From: Plasmodiophora brassicae
Lineage: Eukaryota
Direction of reading: 5' to 3'
DNA: 64,000 nt
NCBI GenBank assembly: GCA_036867785.1
Contig: CP145416.1
Span: 682,001-746,000, forward strand
In this document: positions 35,270 to 45,235 of the stretch, piece by piece
How the letters are laid out: every line of letters starts with the position of its first letter
Position numbering within the stretch: the stretch's first letter is position 1
Notes under the pieces: model-generated
Seen by the model: the letters and a program-made list of their open reading frames with translations, nothing else
Database searches by the model: none
What the model was told of the DNA's origin: nothing
Program-made: the position numbers and the translations under genes

Positions 35270-37324
35270 CTATTTGTCTAGGTTGTTGGCGTAGAGGTCC
35301 GGGCGACGATACGGATTTCGAACTCGCGGCGACTGGAAATCGATATGGCGCCCCTGGCCGATGCGTTCGCGGTACTGCCGCCACTTGTCTTCGAGTTTAA
35401 GTAGCTCCTTCAGGTCGTCATCGGCCGGGCACCGGAACAGGTTCATGTACAGTTGACGCGTGAGACGGTCGTTCAGGCGTCGCTGCAGGTCGAACGTGGA
35501 TACCTCAAAGACGAGCACGTGGTCGAGGGCGATAAAACTTGCTGGGATGAGGCCACGTTTCTTGCCCTCGATGAACGGGCAGCCAATGGCCGACCACTGC
35601 CCGAGTACGGTCACGTCGACGAAAACGGGTTCGCGATTCGATCTGGCCGTATGGTGAACGACGGGGCTCGCCACGCTCGCTTGGGTGGTGTTCAGGGATT
35701 TCTGTTTCAGCTTGGCGACCTCGGATTCGTATCGTTTCCGAACCGATGCCATATCCATGGTCGGCAACGGCGTCGCGTTAACCCGAGCATACCTGCCATG
35801 GGAGCTGGACCGCCGGTGCAGAACAGAAGTACGCCGAGGTCGACGAGGGGGCGTCAGAATCGGTTGGGAACGCTCCAGGAGCTTGTCCAGGCTAGGCAGT
35901 TCGATATTCCGCCATTGTTTCCCGGTGGCTTCGTTCAAGTTGGACGCCCTACTGTCAGACACGTTAGTCGACCGCTTGCTTTGCGATCTGCTGGTCCGGT
36001 TCGACTGCAGGGCTGGGCGTTCGGTCAATGCTTGAGAATGGCACACGTCGCCTTTCAGCATTAGCTCCCGGATGACGCTGCTCTCCTAGTCAGTACCAGA
36101 GGCGGTTGATACAGGACACGGGTCTGTACCGGACGTGCCCGCTCTTGATGAAGAGTATTACGTTGGGGTACGTCTGATGCTGCTGATAAATGATCGTCCT
36201 CGGTTTGATCATGCGGATACGCGCCTCGTAGCTGATATCAAATATTGCTTTGGGGTCCATGCCAACCAGGTACGGCAATCGCTCGAAGAAATGCAACTTG
36301 TCGTGCTGGACTTTCCGAACATACGGATACATGAACGCCCGGAAGTCGCTGCGTTCGAGGAGGCCCAGAACGCAGTCGCGTTTGGCGATCAGCGCGGCAT
36401 GGCGGATGCCACCTCGCTGCATGAGTGACAGTTCGCCGAACGCGGTCCCGCTTGGGATCTCGCTGATTTCGGATTCGTGAGCGACGTTGTTGCTGGACAT
36501 GACCTTCTTCCTGACGCCAATCAGGCCATGGAACAGTACGTAGAACTCGTCGCCTGCATCGCCCTATGCGCTGCTGAGTGAAGTGCATGTTAATGGGTCG
36601 GCCCGCGCAAGGTGTTCACCTCTTGGCAAAGGTAATCACCGGCGTTGACGACTCGAAGTTTGAGGTGCGTGAATATGGCACGTAACTGCGACCTGGCGAA
36701 ATTGTACTTGAGGAAGGATTCCTTAACGATATCGATCAGGAACTCGAGCTCCTGGAACAGGCGCTGCGTCCTCGACAGAATGCCTATAAGGACGTTCTCC
36801 ATCGATTCCGCCTGGCTGCCCGTGATCGACATGTTCGAGAACGGTTCGAGAGACTTGTCCAGCTCCTCGAGGCCATGCAAGGTGCTTTCAGTGTCCACGT
36901 TCGCGCGTTCCCGTTCCCAGTCGGGTATGACGAACATGTAGCAGAAGACGGCTTGCAGGTCTTCCCGGGTCATGCGCACCTCCATACGCTGCGACTCGTC
37001 GCCCACCAACCGTACCAGCATCGTCTTCGTATGCCGACTAACCGTATTGTGAATCAGGGTGTCGGGGATCTTACCAGCCAGGTGCTGCACGGCCGGGATG
37101 GACATGAGGAAGCTCCGCACCATCGTCTCCAGGTCGTCGAACTCAAGCACGGTCTTCCCATCGGACACGAACTCGTCCCACGCCTCCCGCAGGATCTCGT
37201 CCCGCTCCACGTTCGTCTTCAGGTTCCTCAGCACCGCCCAGTGCCGCATGAAGAACGGCTGCCGGGGCGGCGGCTTCGACCCTGATCTGCCGCCCGGCAC
37301 CGGGAACAGCTGTGCCAGGACCAT
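35270..37324 (-). CDS. Cyclic nucleotide-binding domain protein (two cNMP-like domains), multi-exon
   Basis: 'LRVVNAGDYLCQE', 'GTAFGELSLMQRGGIRHAALIA' (phosphate-binding cassette) and a second domain 'IIYQQ...LFIKSGHV'. Confidence 0.82.
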
Positions 37325-37468
37325 CCCGAATCCACACAGCGCACAGCAGCGGGTCTCCCCAGCAATTAACGGTCACAGCGTACCAGATCGATTCACGAAT
37401 CATCACGCCCCGCGTAATAGGCCAATCTTGGCCATTCCCAGTCCGTTCACGGAGTGCTCGACATCGTC

Positions 37469-38315
37469 ATGGTAAGCCGCTGGACGCCGCGGTCGGTGCG
37501 GTGCCGACCGTTCTGACGGCTGTGGGTGCAGGGTTGCAATTGGAGCAAGAACCAGGGTAGGTTGCGGTCTGAGGGGGGAGTCGATCGGGTGTGTCCGTTA
37601 TGTGCGACGCGTAGATATCCTGCAGGATCGTCAGCGTCGCAGCGCGGCCGTGGCGGGCGGTGCCGGGGCCGGCGGGCAACCGCTGCATGCTGGACCGGAA
37701 CGCAGCCCCGCCATTAGCGTTGCTGTCGGCAGCGTCCCCCAACCCACCGACGAGGTCACGAAGTTCTACGGGTACGGGGCACGCGTTTCGCATGCGCCTC
37801 CACGCTGACATATATCGCGGTCAGGACCTCGCATACGGATCGGCACATGCAGGAGGCGAACATGCTTCGTGGGATCATCGAGCAGACGCACCAGTATGCT
37901 CCAGCTGTATTACCTGTCGGGCATCTGCCCTCTGAAACGTCGAGCGCAGGGATTTTATCGATGTCACGCAAGAACCCGCATTCATGGATGAAGCGGAAGC
38001 CGACGAAAGGCGGAAGAAATACGTGGCCGAGTTCGGCAATGGCGCATTCGGCCAGCTGCTGAAGCCGATACCGGAAATGTTCGACCACGCGTTCCAGTCT
38101 GCAGAAGACCTGGTCGCTGCTCTGGTTCGCCCTGTTCCGCCTGAAGATGAGCGCGCCTGGGTACCGATGCTTGGCGCCCTGTGCCACCACAGAACGCTGT
38201 CTAACGAGTGTGCGATCAGGTCCTGGCCACATGCGAGTCTGTCTGCAGAGCGTCTAGGGTGGCGCCGATGACATCCGATGGGCGCGCTCTAATTGTCACG
38301 TTCGACAGCGTATGA
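37469..38315 (+). CDS. LAMTOR1: Ragulator/EGO anchor subunit LAMTOR1 (p18)-like
   Basis: Spliced product M|GCNWSKNQ|...EANMLRGIIEQTH|QDFIDV...MDEAEADERRKKY...ALIVTFDSV*. It has the MGC lipidation start and the LAMTOR core and C-terminal pattern. Confidence 0.78.
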
Positions 38316-38480
38316 CGTTCTATATTTCGGTTCCTCATTCCATGCTGCTGGTTACGATCGGCCGTACGCCTTCTTGGCGGATCGAAGCGAGTTGCGCAGC
38401 TGAAGCGTTAGGCCGTCTCGTGTGCCGATGTGCCGATGTGCCATTCGAAACGCGCGCCTGTACCACTGGTGTGCCCCCAT

Positions 38481-39394
38481 TCAGTGCTCGCCTGACCACC
38501 GGTCGTCTGCCCCGACTGTTACCGAAATGGCGACTCTGCCGTCGTGAAGGTAGTCGTACTCAACGCCCATAGCATGGTAAATCAGCGCGAGGAGCACAAT
38601 CGTTGCCGGCAGGGTGTCGCTGTCGTCGGCAGGGCTGTCACCACCGTTCGCGATCAGGGTGCGATGCGTCGATCGCATGGCAGCGCTGATCTCTTGTATG
38701 GCATCGTGGTGCCTAGCCGCGGTTCAACATGGGAGGTAATGTGGGCCGGGCAGGATTGGGACCCCCCACCTTCCAAGTTGTGAGTGCAGCGACCCCATAT
38801 TCAAACGTACCGTCGCAACCGCGAGATCCGATCCCCCAGGCCCATGCGTGTTCACTGCGTCCGTCATGATCTCCAGTGCCTTCAGCGTGCGACCTAGCCT
38901 GTGCCATCCGATTCAGGAACACATGCTTGACGATGTAGGTGCACACGTACGATCGCTGAGTGCATCCCATGTTGTTCAAGGTCTGCAACAGGGTCGCATC
39001 GCCGGATGCGTTTCGCAGGGCCTTCTCGAGCAACTTCACCGAGGCACGAGGGTTCTGTCGGTGCATCAGGGCGATCGCCCGAACGTTATACGCCGCTGCC
39101 AATCTGGCGGTCGATCCGATCAACTGCGTTATGTCTCGTTGGCCGACGCGCCGTCCCTACTGTTGCTCACCGATGCTGACCTCCTTGGATTGTGGCCCGA
39201 ATCGCTCCCTACGCAGGTCGCTAGCTCGCTCCAGGAGCGGAATCGCCTTGTGGACCCGGCCCTACATACCGCGCGTCAGCCAACTTTGTACGATCAACAG
39301 AGCGCCGCTGTGCCTTCGTCATCAAATCCGCACTCATCCTGTCCAGTTGGAGGATGGCGTCATCAGCGTCCGAGAGCGCATCGACCTTAGGCAT
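38481..39394 (-). CDS. TPR-repeat protein, multi-exon (3' end approximate)
   Basis: 'KAIPLLERASDLRRERFG' and 'YNVRAIALMHRQNPRASVKLLEKAL...TLNNMGC' are kinesin-light-chain-type TPRs. Confidence 0.7.
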
Positions 39395-39537
39395 TGCCGG
39401 CCGGCTATCTACTGAATCGGCGATCGACGCCTCGTACTACGAGTCTGATAATCGTGGTTTACCAACGGGATCACACGTTTCCGTGCCAACGGGGACCAGT
39501 CGCTTGATCCCGGGAAACGGGTCATTCCCACGACGGC

Positions 39538-40228
39538 TTATTCGACGTACAGGCCCTCTGGTATGCCCCACTTGTTGCCTGGATAGATGCCCACAAGCGT
39601 GAATGCGTCCGGCTTGTACTCGAGGGGCTCGGTGAACCCCAGCCGGGTCAGGCCCTGTCGAAGCTCGCGTATCTCGGTGACGTTCGCGAAGCTGGCCGTG
39701 TAAATGCAAATGTCGTTCTTCGTCTTCGTTCCTGGCGAGTACGGCGACACCTACACAGGAACGCGTATCAGAGGTCATCCGGGAATCGGGACCTGGTGGA
39801 CCTGCCTTGGCCGCTACGCCCAGCTTGCCAGCGGCGACTTCACGAGCAATGGGATTCCAGGCCTGGTCGATCGTCGCCCGGTCCCTATAGATCATCCATT
39901 TCCCGGATAGGACCCGATTCTTTAAGGCCAGCTGGAGCAGGGCACTCTCTGTCGCTTTGCCCTTGGCATCCAGGGCGTCCCATTCGCGTTTCAGCCGCTT
40001 GACGTTGCCGGGTTCGATTTCTTCCTCCGGGGAAGGTACATAGATCCACGCGTACTGATATGTCGTGATCCGAGACGGCGGGTACTCTTTCAGGAACTCG
40101 TCAATGCTAGAGTATTCGAACGGGTCGTAGATCGTCCATTCCGGGGATGTGTGCGGTAGGCGCCGGCGTTGTGGCGCCGCCGACGCTATCGCCACCACCA
40201 ACGCCAGACACCGCACCCAAACCGTCAT
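39538..40228 (-). CDS. DUF1917/C11orf68 (Bles03; eIF4E-like fold) protein with N-terminal signal peptide
   Basis: FLKEYPPS, WIYV, LSGKWMIY, IDQAW, AAK|VSP, ICIYT and YKPDAFTLVGIY. Leader is MTVWVRCLALVVAIASA. Confidence 0.85.
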
Positions 40229-40616
40229 CACTACCGAGTGCCAGCCGGCCACATAAATCGTCCGATTCCGGAGCGACAATCTAGGTAGACAGCCCCAGCG
40301 CGTGTGTGGGGACCGCCCGTCAGCCACATTCTCGGCCGATTCCGGTAACCAGTACGTACCACAGCGGCCAGACGACCTCTCGCCCGGTTTCCCAGTTACC
40401 TATGTAGGTCTGCAAGCACTGTTGCACGGCCGTCCCTCATATAACGCTTACGCAGAGGAATCCATCCTGCCGCCCGTCTCGTGAAGAGGGCGCTGTCGCA
40501 CTCGCAGTCAGGGGCAAAACGGGGAGGGGGAGGGCAAACCGTGCCGCGACTCGAACCGGCGCCTGTGTGGTCAGGACGCCCGCATTCGCATTGTCGCCAA
40601 CGCGAAATGACGGGAG

Positions 40617-42770
40617 ATGCCGCCTGGTGATGGTTGCAATGTGTTGGACGGGTGGGCGCCGGGCGCCCCGGTCCCGCTCAGCCGGGTCCTGGACCGGAAG
40701 GCGGACCTGCTCGCGATGGCCTCATCGCTGAGGACGCAGCTCCTCGAGAAGCAGGCCGAGATGAGCGCCCTGCGCGACAAAGCGGATGGCGTCATCCGCC
40801 GCCTGGCGTCGGGGCAGCAGTCGTCGTCGACGCTGTCCGAGATCGTCAACGATGCATGTTCATGCAGCGCGGATATTCGACCGCGGGCCCAGCATGCCCT
40901 GCAGGCTTTGCAGAGCATTGTGGCGGCCCGCAAGTACATGGACGCCGTTGCCGATGTCCGGTCGGCGATCGGCGCGCTTGGGCCTGTGCTGACCGCCGTT
41001 CAAGGCGCCGCCCTGAATGATTCCACGTATCGCCTGCTCGCGGACCGGACCAGCGACCTGATTGACCTGTGGGGGGCGAAACGTGATGCACTTGGAGCGG
41101 CGTCGCTGGCGCACGTCTGGGCCAGCGCACGAATATCGTCGATGGTGGACAAATGGCGAACGTGCCTCGAGCGTGCAGCGTCCAATGCGCTCAATGAGAT
41201 CGGGTGGCCGTGCACGTCGGCCGGGTCCATGCTGCGCCTATCGGTCGATGTTCGGGCGCGTACTCACGCCCAGCTGATGCTCACCTGCCTGGTTGCGTTA
41301 CAGAACGCCTTTGAGTCGCCGGATGCGATATCGGCGCCGGGCAGCTGGGTGCTCCCGCTCCTCTGCGATCCGATCATCGTGCGTTTCAAGTACCATTTCG
41401 ACCGCGAGTCGTCGGCGACGAACCGGCCTGACAAACCCGAATGGTTCCTCGGGTTCATCTCCAGAGCGCTCGCGCAGCATGTCCCCCCGCTTCGGGATGA
41501 TCTCCTCCCCGGGCACGACGGCATTGTCACTGCCTTCGTTGACAGGCTGTTATCGCCGTTGAAGGCTAAACTCGAGGTCCTGTTGCGGGAGCTGGCCACA
41601 CGAACCGACCTGTCGCTGTTCCAGCACTGCGTCAAACACGTCCTGGCGTTCGAGCCATGCATCGTGGACGTTCTAACGCGTACGCCGTCCATGCGCGCCA
41701 TTCTTCTCGCCGTTGAACGAGACACGGCTCTGGCCCAGCTGGAGTTTATCCTCGAGGGCCTCCCGTCGCCATGGGTGACAATTCACTCGACGCCTCTCGT
41801 GGTGACGACGAATTCAGCGGATGCCCTTCTGTCGACTCTGTACCAGATCACTGAGAAAACAATGTCGCGGCTGCCGATTCTGACGCATCGCCTGGAATTC
41901 GCTGCGTTGCAAGGCCGGCTCGTGACCGTGTACACCCAGCGATGCGAAGCACTGTTAGAGCTGGCGCTGAAAGACATTTCAGCTGCTGGAGTGCGCACCT
42001 CGGCAACGGCATCGTCTGATTGGGCGACGTTCATCGGCATCGTTAACTCGTTGGACTGTGTCCAAAGCGTCCTGGACGACTGGAGCGACCGGGTCCTGTT
42101 CGTCGAGCTCCAGTTCGTTCGGGGGAATCGTGACGCACTGCCCAATGGCGTTACGTCGGACGACGTGCTCGCCCTGCAGGCGTTCACAAGCAACACCGAC
42201 TCCACCGCTTTCTTTGCTGACGAGTGTGCTCGCATGTCGCAACTCATCGCTGAATTCGTTGACCTGCTTGTTGAGGTTGTCGTGAAAGCGTTCTCCCACG
42301 CGGCATCGTCCTACCTGACTCGTGGCATTCTGCCCCAAACAAGCACCGGTGGCGACGGCGAGGTCGCTCTATCAGCCTCCATTTGCGATGCCTTGTCGAC
42401 CCTCAGCACGTCGATGAATATTGTATCGTCGCAGCTCGCTGGGCGTTGCTTCCGCAGGTTCTGGACAGGGGTTGCGCAGGGCCTCGACAACGTGCTGTAC
42501 CAGAGAATGATCGTCGACAAGTACATTACACGAGCGGGGACTGTCCAGTTGCGGGCCGACTTTGACGCTATCACTCTTCTGTTTCGGGCACACTCGGAGC
42601 ACCCTGCTGCCGCCATGCCCCACATGAGCACGTCACTCTCATTGTTGGAATCTCCTCTGTCTCGCGTGCAAGATATCGTCAACGACCCGGTGCCGATGGG
42701 TCCACTGTCCGCCGACGAAGTTGCTGGACTGTGTAAGCGAATAAGCGCTGCTGCATCTGTCGAAACATAA
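40617..42770 (+). CDS. RINT1: RINT1/TIP20 family tethering protein, intronless
   Basis: 717-aa ORF containing 'ALNEIGWP' and 'PIIVRFKYHF....ATNRPDKPEWF'. Confidence 0.9.
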   Translation: MPPGDGCNVLDGWAPGAPVPLSRVLDRKADLLAMASSLRTQLLEKQAEMSALRDKADGVIRRLASGQQSSSTLSEIVNDACSCSADIRPRAQHALQALQSIVAARKYMDAVADVRSAIGALGPVLTAVQGAALNDSTYRLLADRTSDLIDLWGAKRDALGAASLAHVWASARISSMVDKWRTCLERAASNALNEIGWPCTSAGSMLRLSVDVRARTHAQLMLTCLVALQNAFESPDAISAPGSWVLPLLCDPIIVRFKYHFDRESSATNRPDKPEWFLGFISRALAQHVPPLRDDLLPGHDGIVTAFVDRLLSPLKAKLEVLLRELATRTDLSLFQHCVKHVLAFEPCIVDVLTRTPSMRAILLAVERDTALAQLEFILEGLPSPWVTIHSTPLVVTTNSADALLSTLYQITEKTMSRLPILTHRLEFAALQGRLVTVYTQRCEALLELALKDISAAGVRTSATASSDWATFIGIVNSLDCVQSVLDDWSDRVLFVELQFVRGNRDALPNGVTSDDVLALQAFTSNTDSTAFFADECARMSQLIAEFVDLLVEVVVKAFSHAASSYLTRGILPQTSTGGDGEVALSASICDALSTLSTSMNIVSSQLAGRCFRRFWTGVAQGLDNVLYQRMIVDKYITRAGTVQLRADFDAITLLFRAHSEHPAAAMPHMSTSLSLLESPLSRVQDIVNDPVPMGPLSADEVAGLCKRISAAASVET

Positions 42771-42799
42771 CCATACAATTGATGCCCACGCCTTGTGTA

Positions 42800-44721
42800 T
42801 CTGGACAATCTATCCTGTTTCATTATCGTCTCGATGCACATTTGTCGGAATGCACCGAAAGGCACCGAACCATCCGTCTGACTAGAAGTCGCAGAGCAGA
42901 TAATTCCCAACGGCGGAACGCACCACCATCGGGATACGTTCCTCCCGAGCCGATCATCTTGCGTTGTTAGAACGACGATAGGCCATTTGAGCTCGACAGC
43001 CTTCGGACGACTTAACTGCAAGCTCTGAGACCAGGACTGGACAACGCGATCTTCAGCAACCTTGTACAATAATACTGTTGGGACGGGCTGCTTGGTCTGG
43101 ATCAGGAACGCTGCGGGGGTGACGAGATCGTGGACGCCCAGCAAAACAATGTCGTCGTCAGTGCAGGAACACATCTGGACATCCTGTACGACTTGGAGTA
43201 CTGGGGCCGAGGCTGGAGGGTCTGGAAGCGACCAGAGGCACCATCGAAGTGATTCAGGGGTGCGGTCAAATGCAGTGACGATTCGAAGATCATCGTCAAG
43301 AAAGCACGCTGCCACAACAGACGATTTATGGCACACTGCCGTCCAATGCGTCATCGTCGACACATCGCGGCAAATGTACGCGACCCGATCACAAATCACG
43401 GCGACAGAGTGCTTGCCGGCAACCCACTGGACATGTGAGGACGAGGTTGCCGAAAGGAATGGCAAATGAATCGCGGAGTCGGACAGTGTGGAACTGACAC
43501 AGCAACAGTCGAGATCATTCTCAGGTTGGACAACAAGCGAGAGCACGCCCCAAGATTTGGACACAACGATGGGGCCCACTCCTGGCGTTATCCGGGGCCA
43601 GGGCCAGGAGTACAGATTCCGGAACCGATCGTGGCCATGGATATGGGAAGAGGTCGAAGCAACGCCCCGAAAGGTGTGGTCGCTGCCGGGCGCGTGCAAT
43701 CGCTGAACAACAACGCTTGATGCGTCACCGACGGCGACAATGTCCATCGTTTCGTCATGCGTCACAGCCAGAAGCATACCGTCAGGTGACCACGCCACTA
43801 ACGTTGCTGGAGACGCGCCACACGGCGTCTTGGGATCACATACTCCTTCTACCGCGTGCCATGCCCATGACTGTCGGGACCCGGACAGCAGGGCAATGGA
43901 TCTGTTCCATGACGCTAACGCGAGACGGTGGTGACGCTTCTACAGACAGCGTGTTAGTGAAGCAGCCTAACGTGGCACACGTGGTATTGTGTACGCCACC
44001 TGCGACAGAGCGGGCGAAAACGCGGCAGATGTGATACGATCCAGAGGCTTCGGGATAGGGGCGCTCCACGCCAGACTCACGTCATCCCGGGTGACTTCGC
44101 ATAGGGCAACGCGGCCATCCAAACATATACATGCCTTGGGAAACGTGTTACACCAGATGGCAGTGAAACCCGACCAGGCCAACGCCTTACAAGATATCGG
44201 GCGTCATTCGAAAATCGCACAATACACACCGGCGATCGGTCAAGGAACGTGCGACCCCGCTGCGATACGGATTTGGACTCGATAGAAACGTGCAGGACCA
44301 AAGCCCCGCTGGCGGATCCTGCTCGAACATGTCATCGATGGGCAATCGGGGTATGCATCAAACGCTGAGGACCGATGGCCACGAGATACTGGTTGTCATC
44401 GGCTACAACGTCGACATGCTTCGCACTGAATCGCACGCGGTACGACAGCGGCAAACGGCGCCCATTGCCGTCGAAGAAATGCAGACGGACGGGCGTGGCA
44501 ACGACCAGTAGGTCGCCGGCAGCCGCCGCACTGACAATTGTGGCGTCGTCAACGCAGGTCACGACGCTCGGTCCCGCATCATCATCAACCACGACGACGC
44601 GGTGCGACCCGATCAGGACGACGCGCGATCTCGCGGCCCAGGGGACGGCCGTCGACCCCAACTGGGTCCACCCGTCCACCAGCCCCGCCGCCTTCAGCAT
44701 TTGCCGCCGCCGCGCGACCAT
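42800..44721 (-). CDS. Uncharacterised beta-propeller (WD40-like) protein, multi-exon (3' end uncertain)
   Basis: Beta-strand-rich ORFs with 'AWSPDGMLLAV', 'ITSAAFSP' and 'VRFSNDARYL' blade-like motifs. Confidence 0.55.
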
Positions 44722-45235
44722 TTTCAGCGTCGAACACACACGGGACCTGCCTCTGCTGAGCCCATGCTGGTTGCGTACGGCACATCCACACACGTTGACA
44801 GAACGGCTACGGGATACCCCAACACGACAGATGGCGTGCCAAGCACGCGTGGGCATCGCTAGAGAATATCAATCAGGTTGCCAGAAAAGCTTCAAAATCC
44901 CCTATACCGTATAATAGAAATGGGCGGCGTACGAATAAAGGCGCTCTGTAGGCGCGTTACGTCATCGTGGTAAGGTGAACCCGCGTCGGCCCGGGGTCTT
45001 CCGATGGAATGCGGACTGGGGGCTGGCTGGGTGGGGCGCAACAATATCAGCGCGCACCGGCGCATTAGTCCGTGGCGGAGTGCTCCCTTGACCAGCAAAA
45101 GTTGCCGCCGAAATGTCCGCGGGCTGCCAGAACTGCAATCCCAACAGTTGCTTGGACGTCGATCGCCGCCACGCCTGCGACATCCAGCCTGACGTCACAG
45201 CCGCCGACACGGATCCGTCCGCACCGGGCGCCAGA

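Noticed and set aside
42311-42770. Minus-strand ORF 42311-43798 overlapping the RINT1 3' end by ~460 nt as a true coding overlap
   Set aside because: Plausible intron signals near 42880-42930 would end the gene earlier, and antisense open frames are common in GC-rich coding DNA. It cannot be supported without transcripts.
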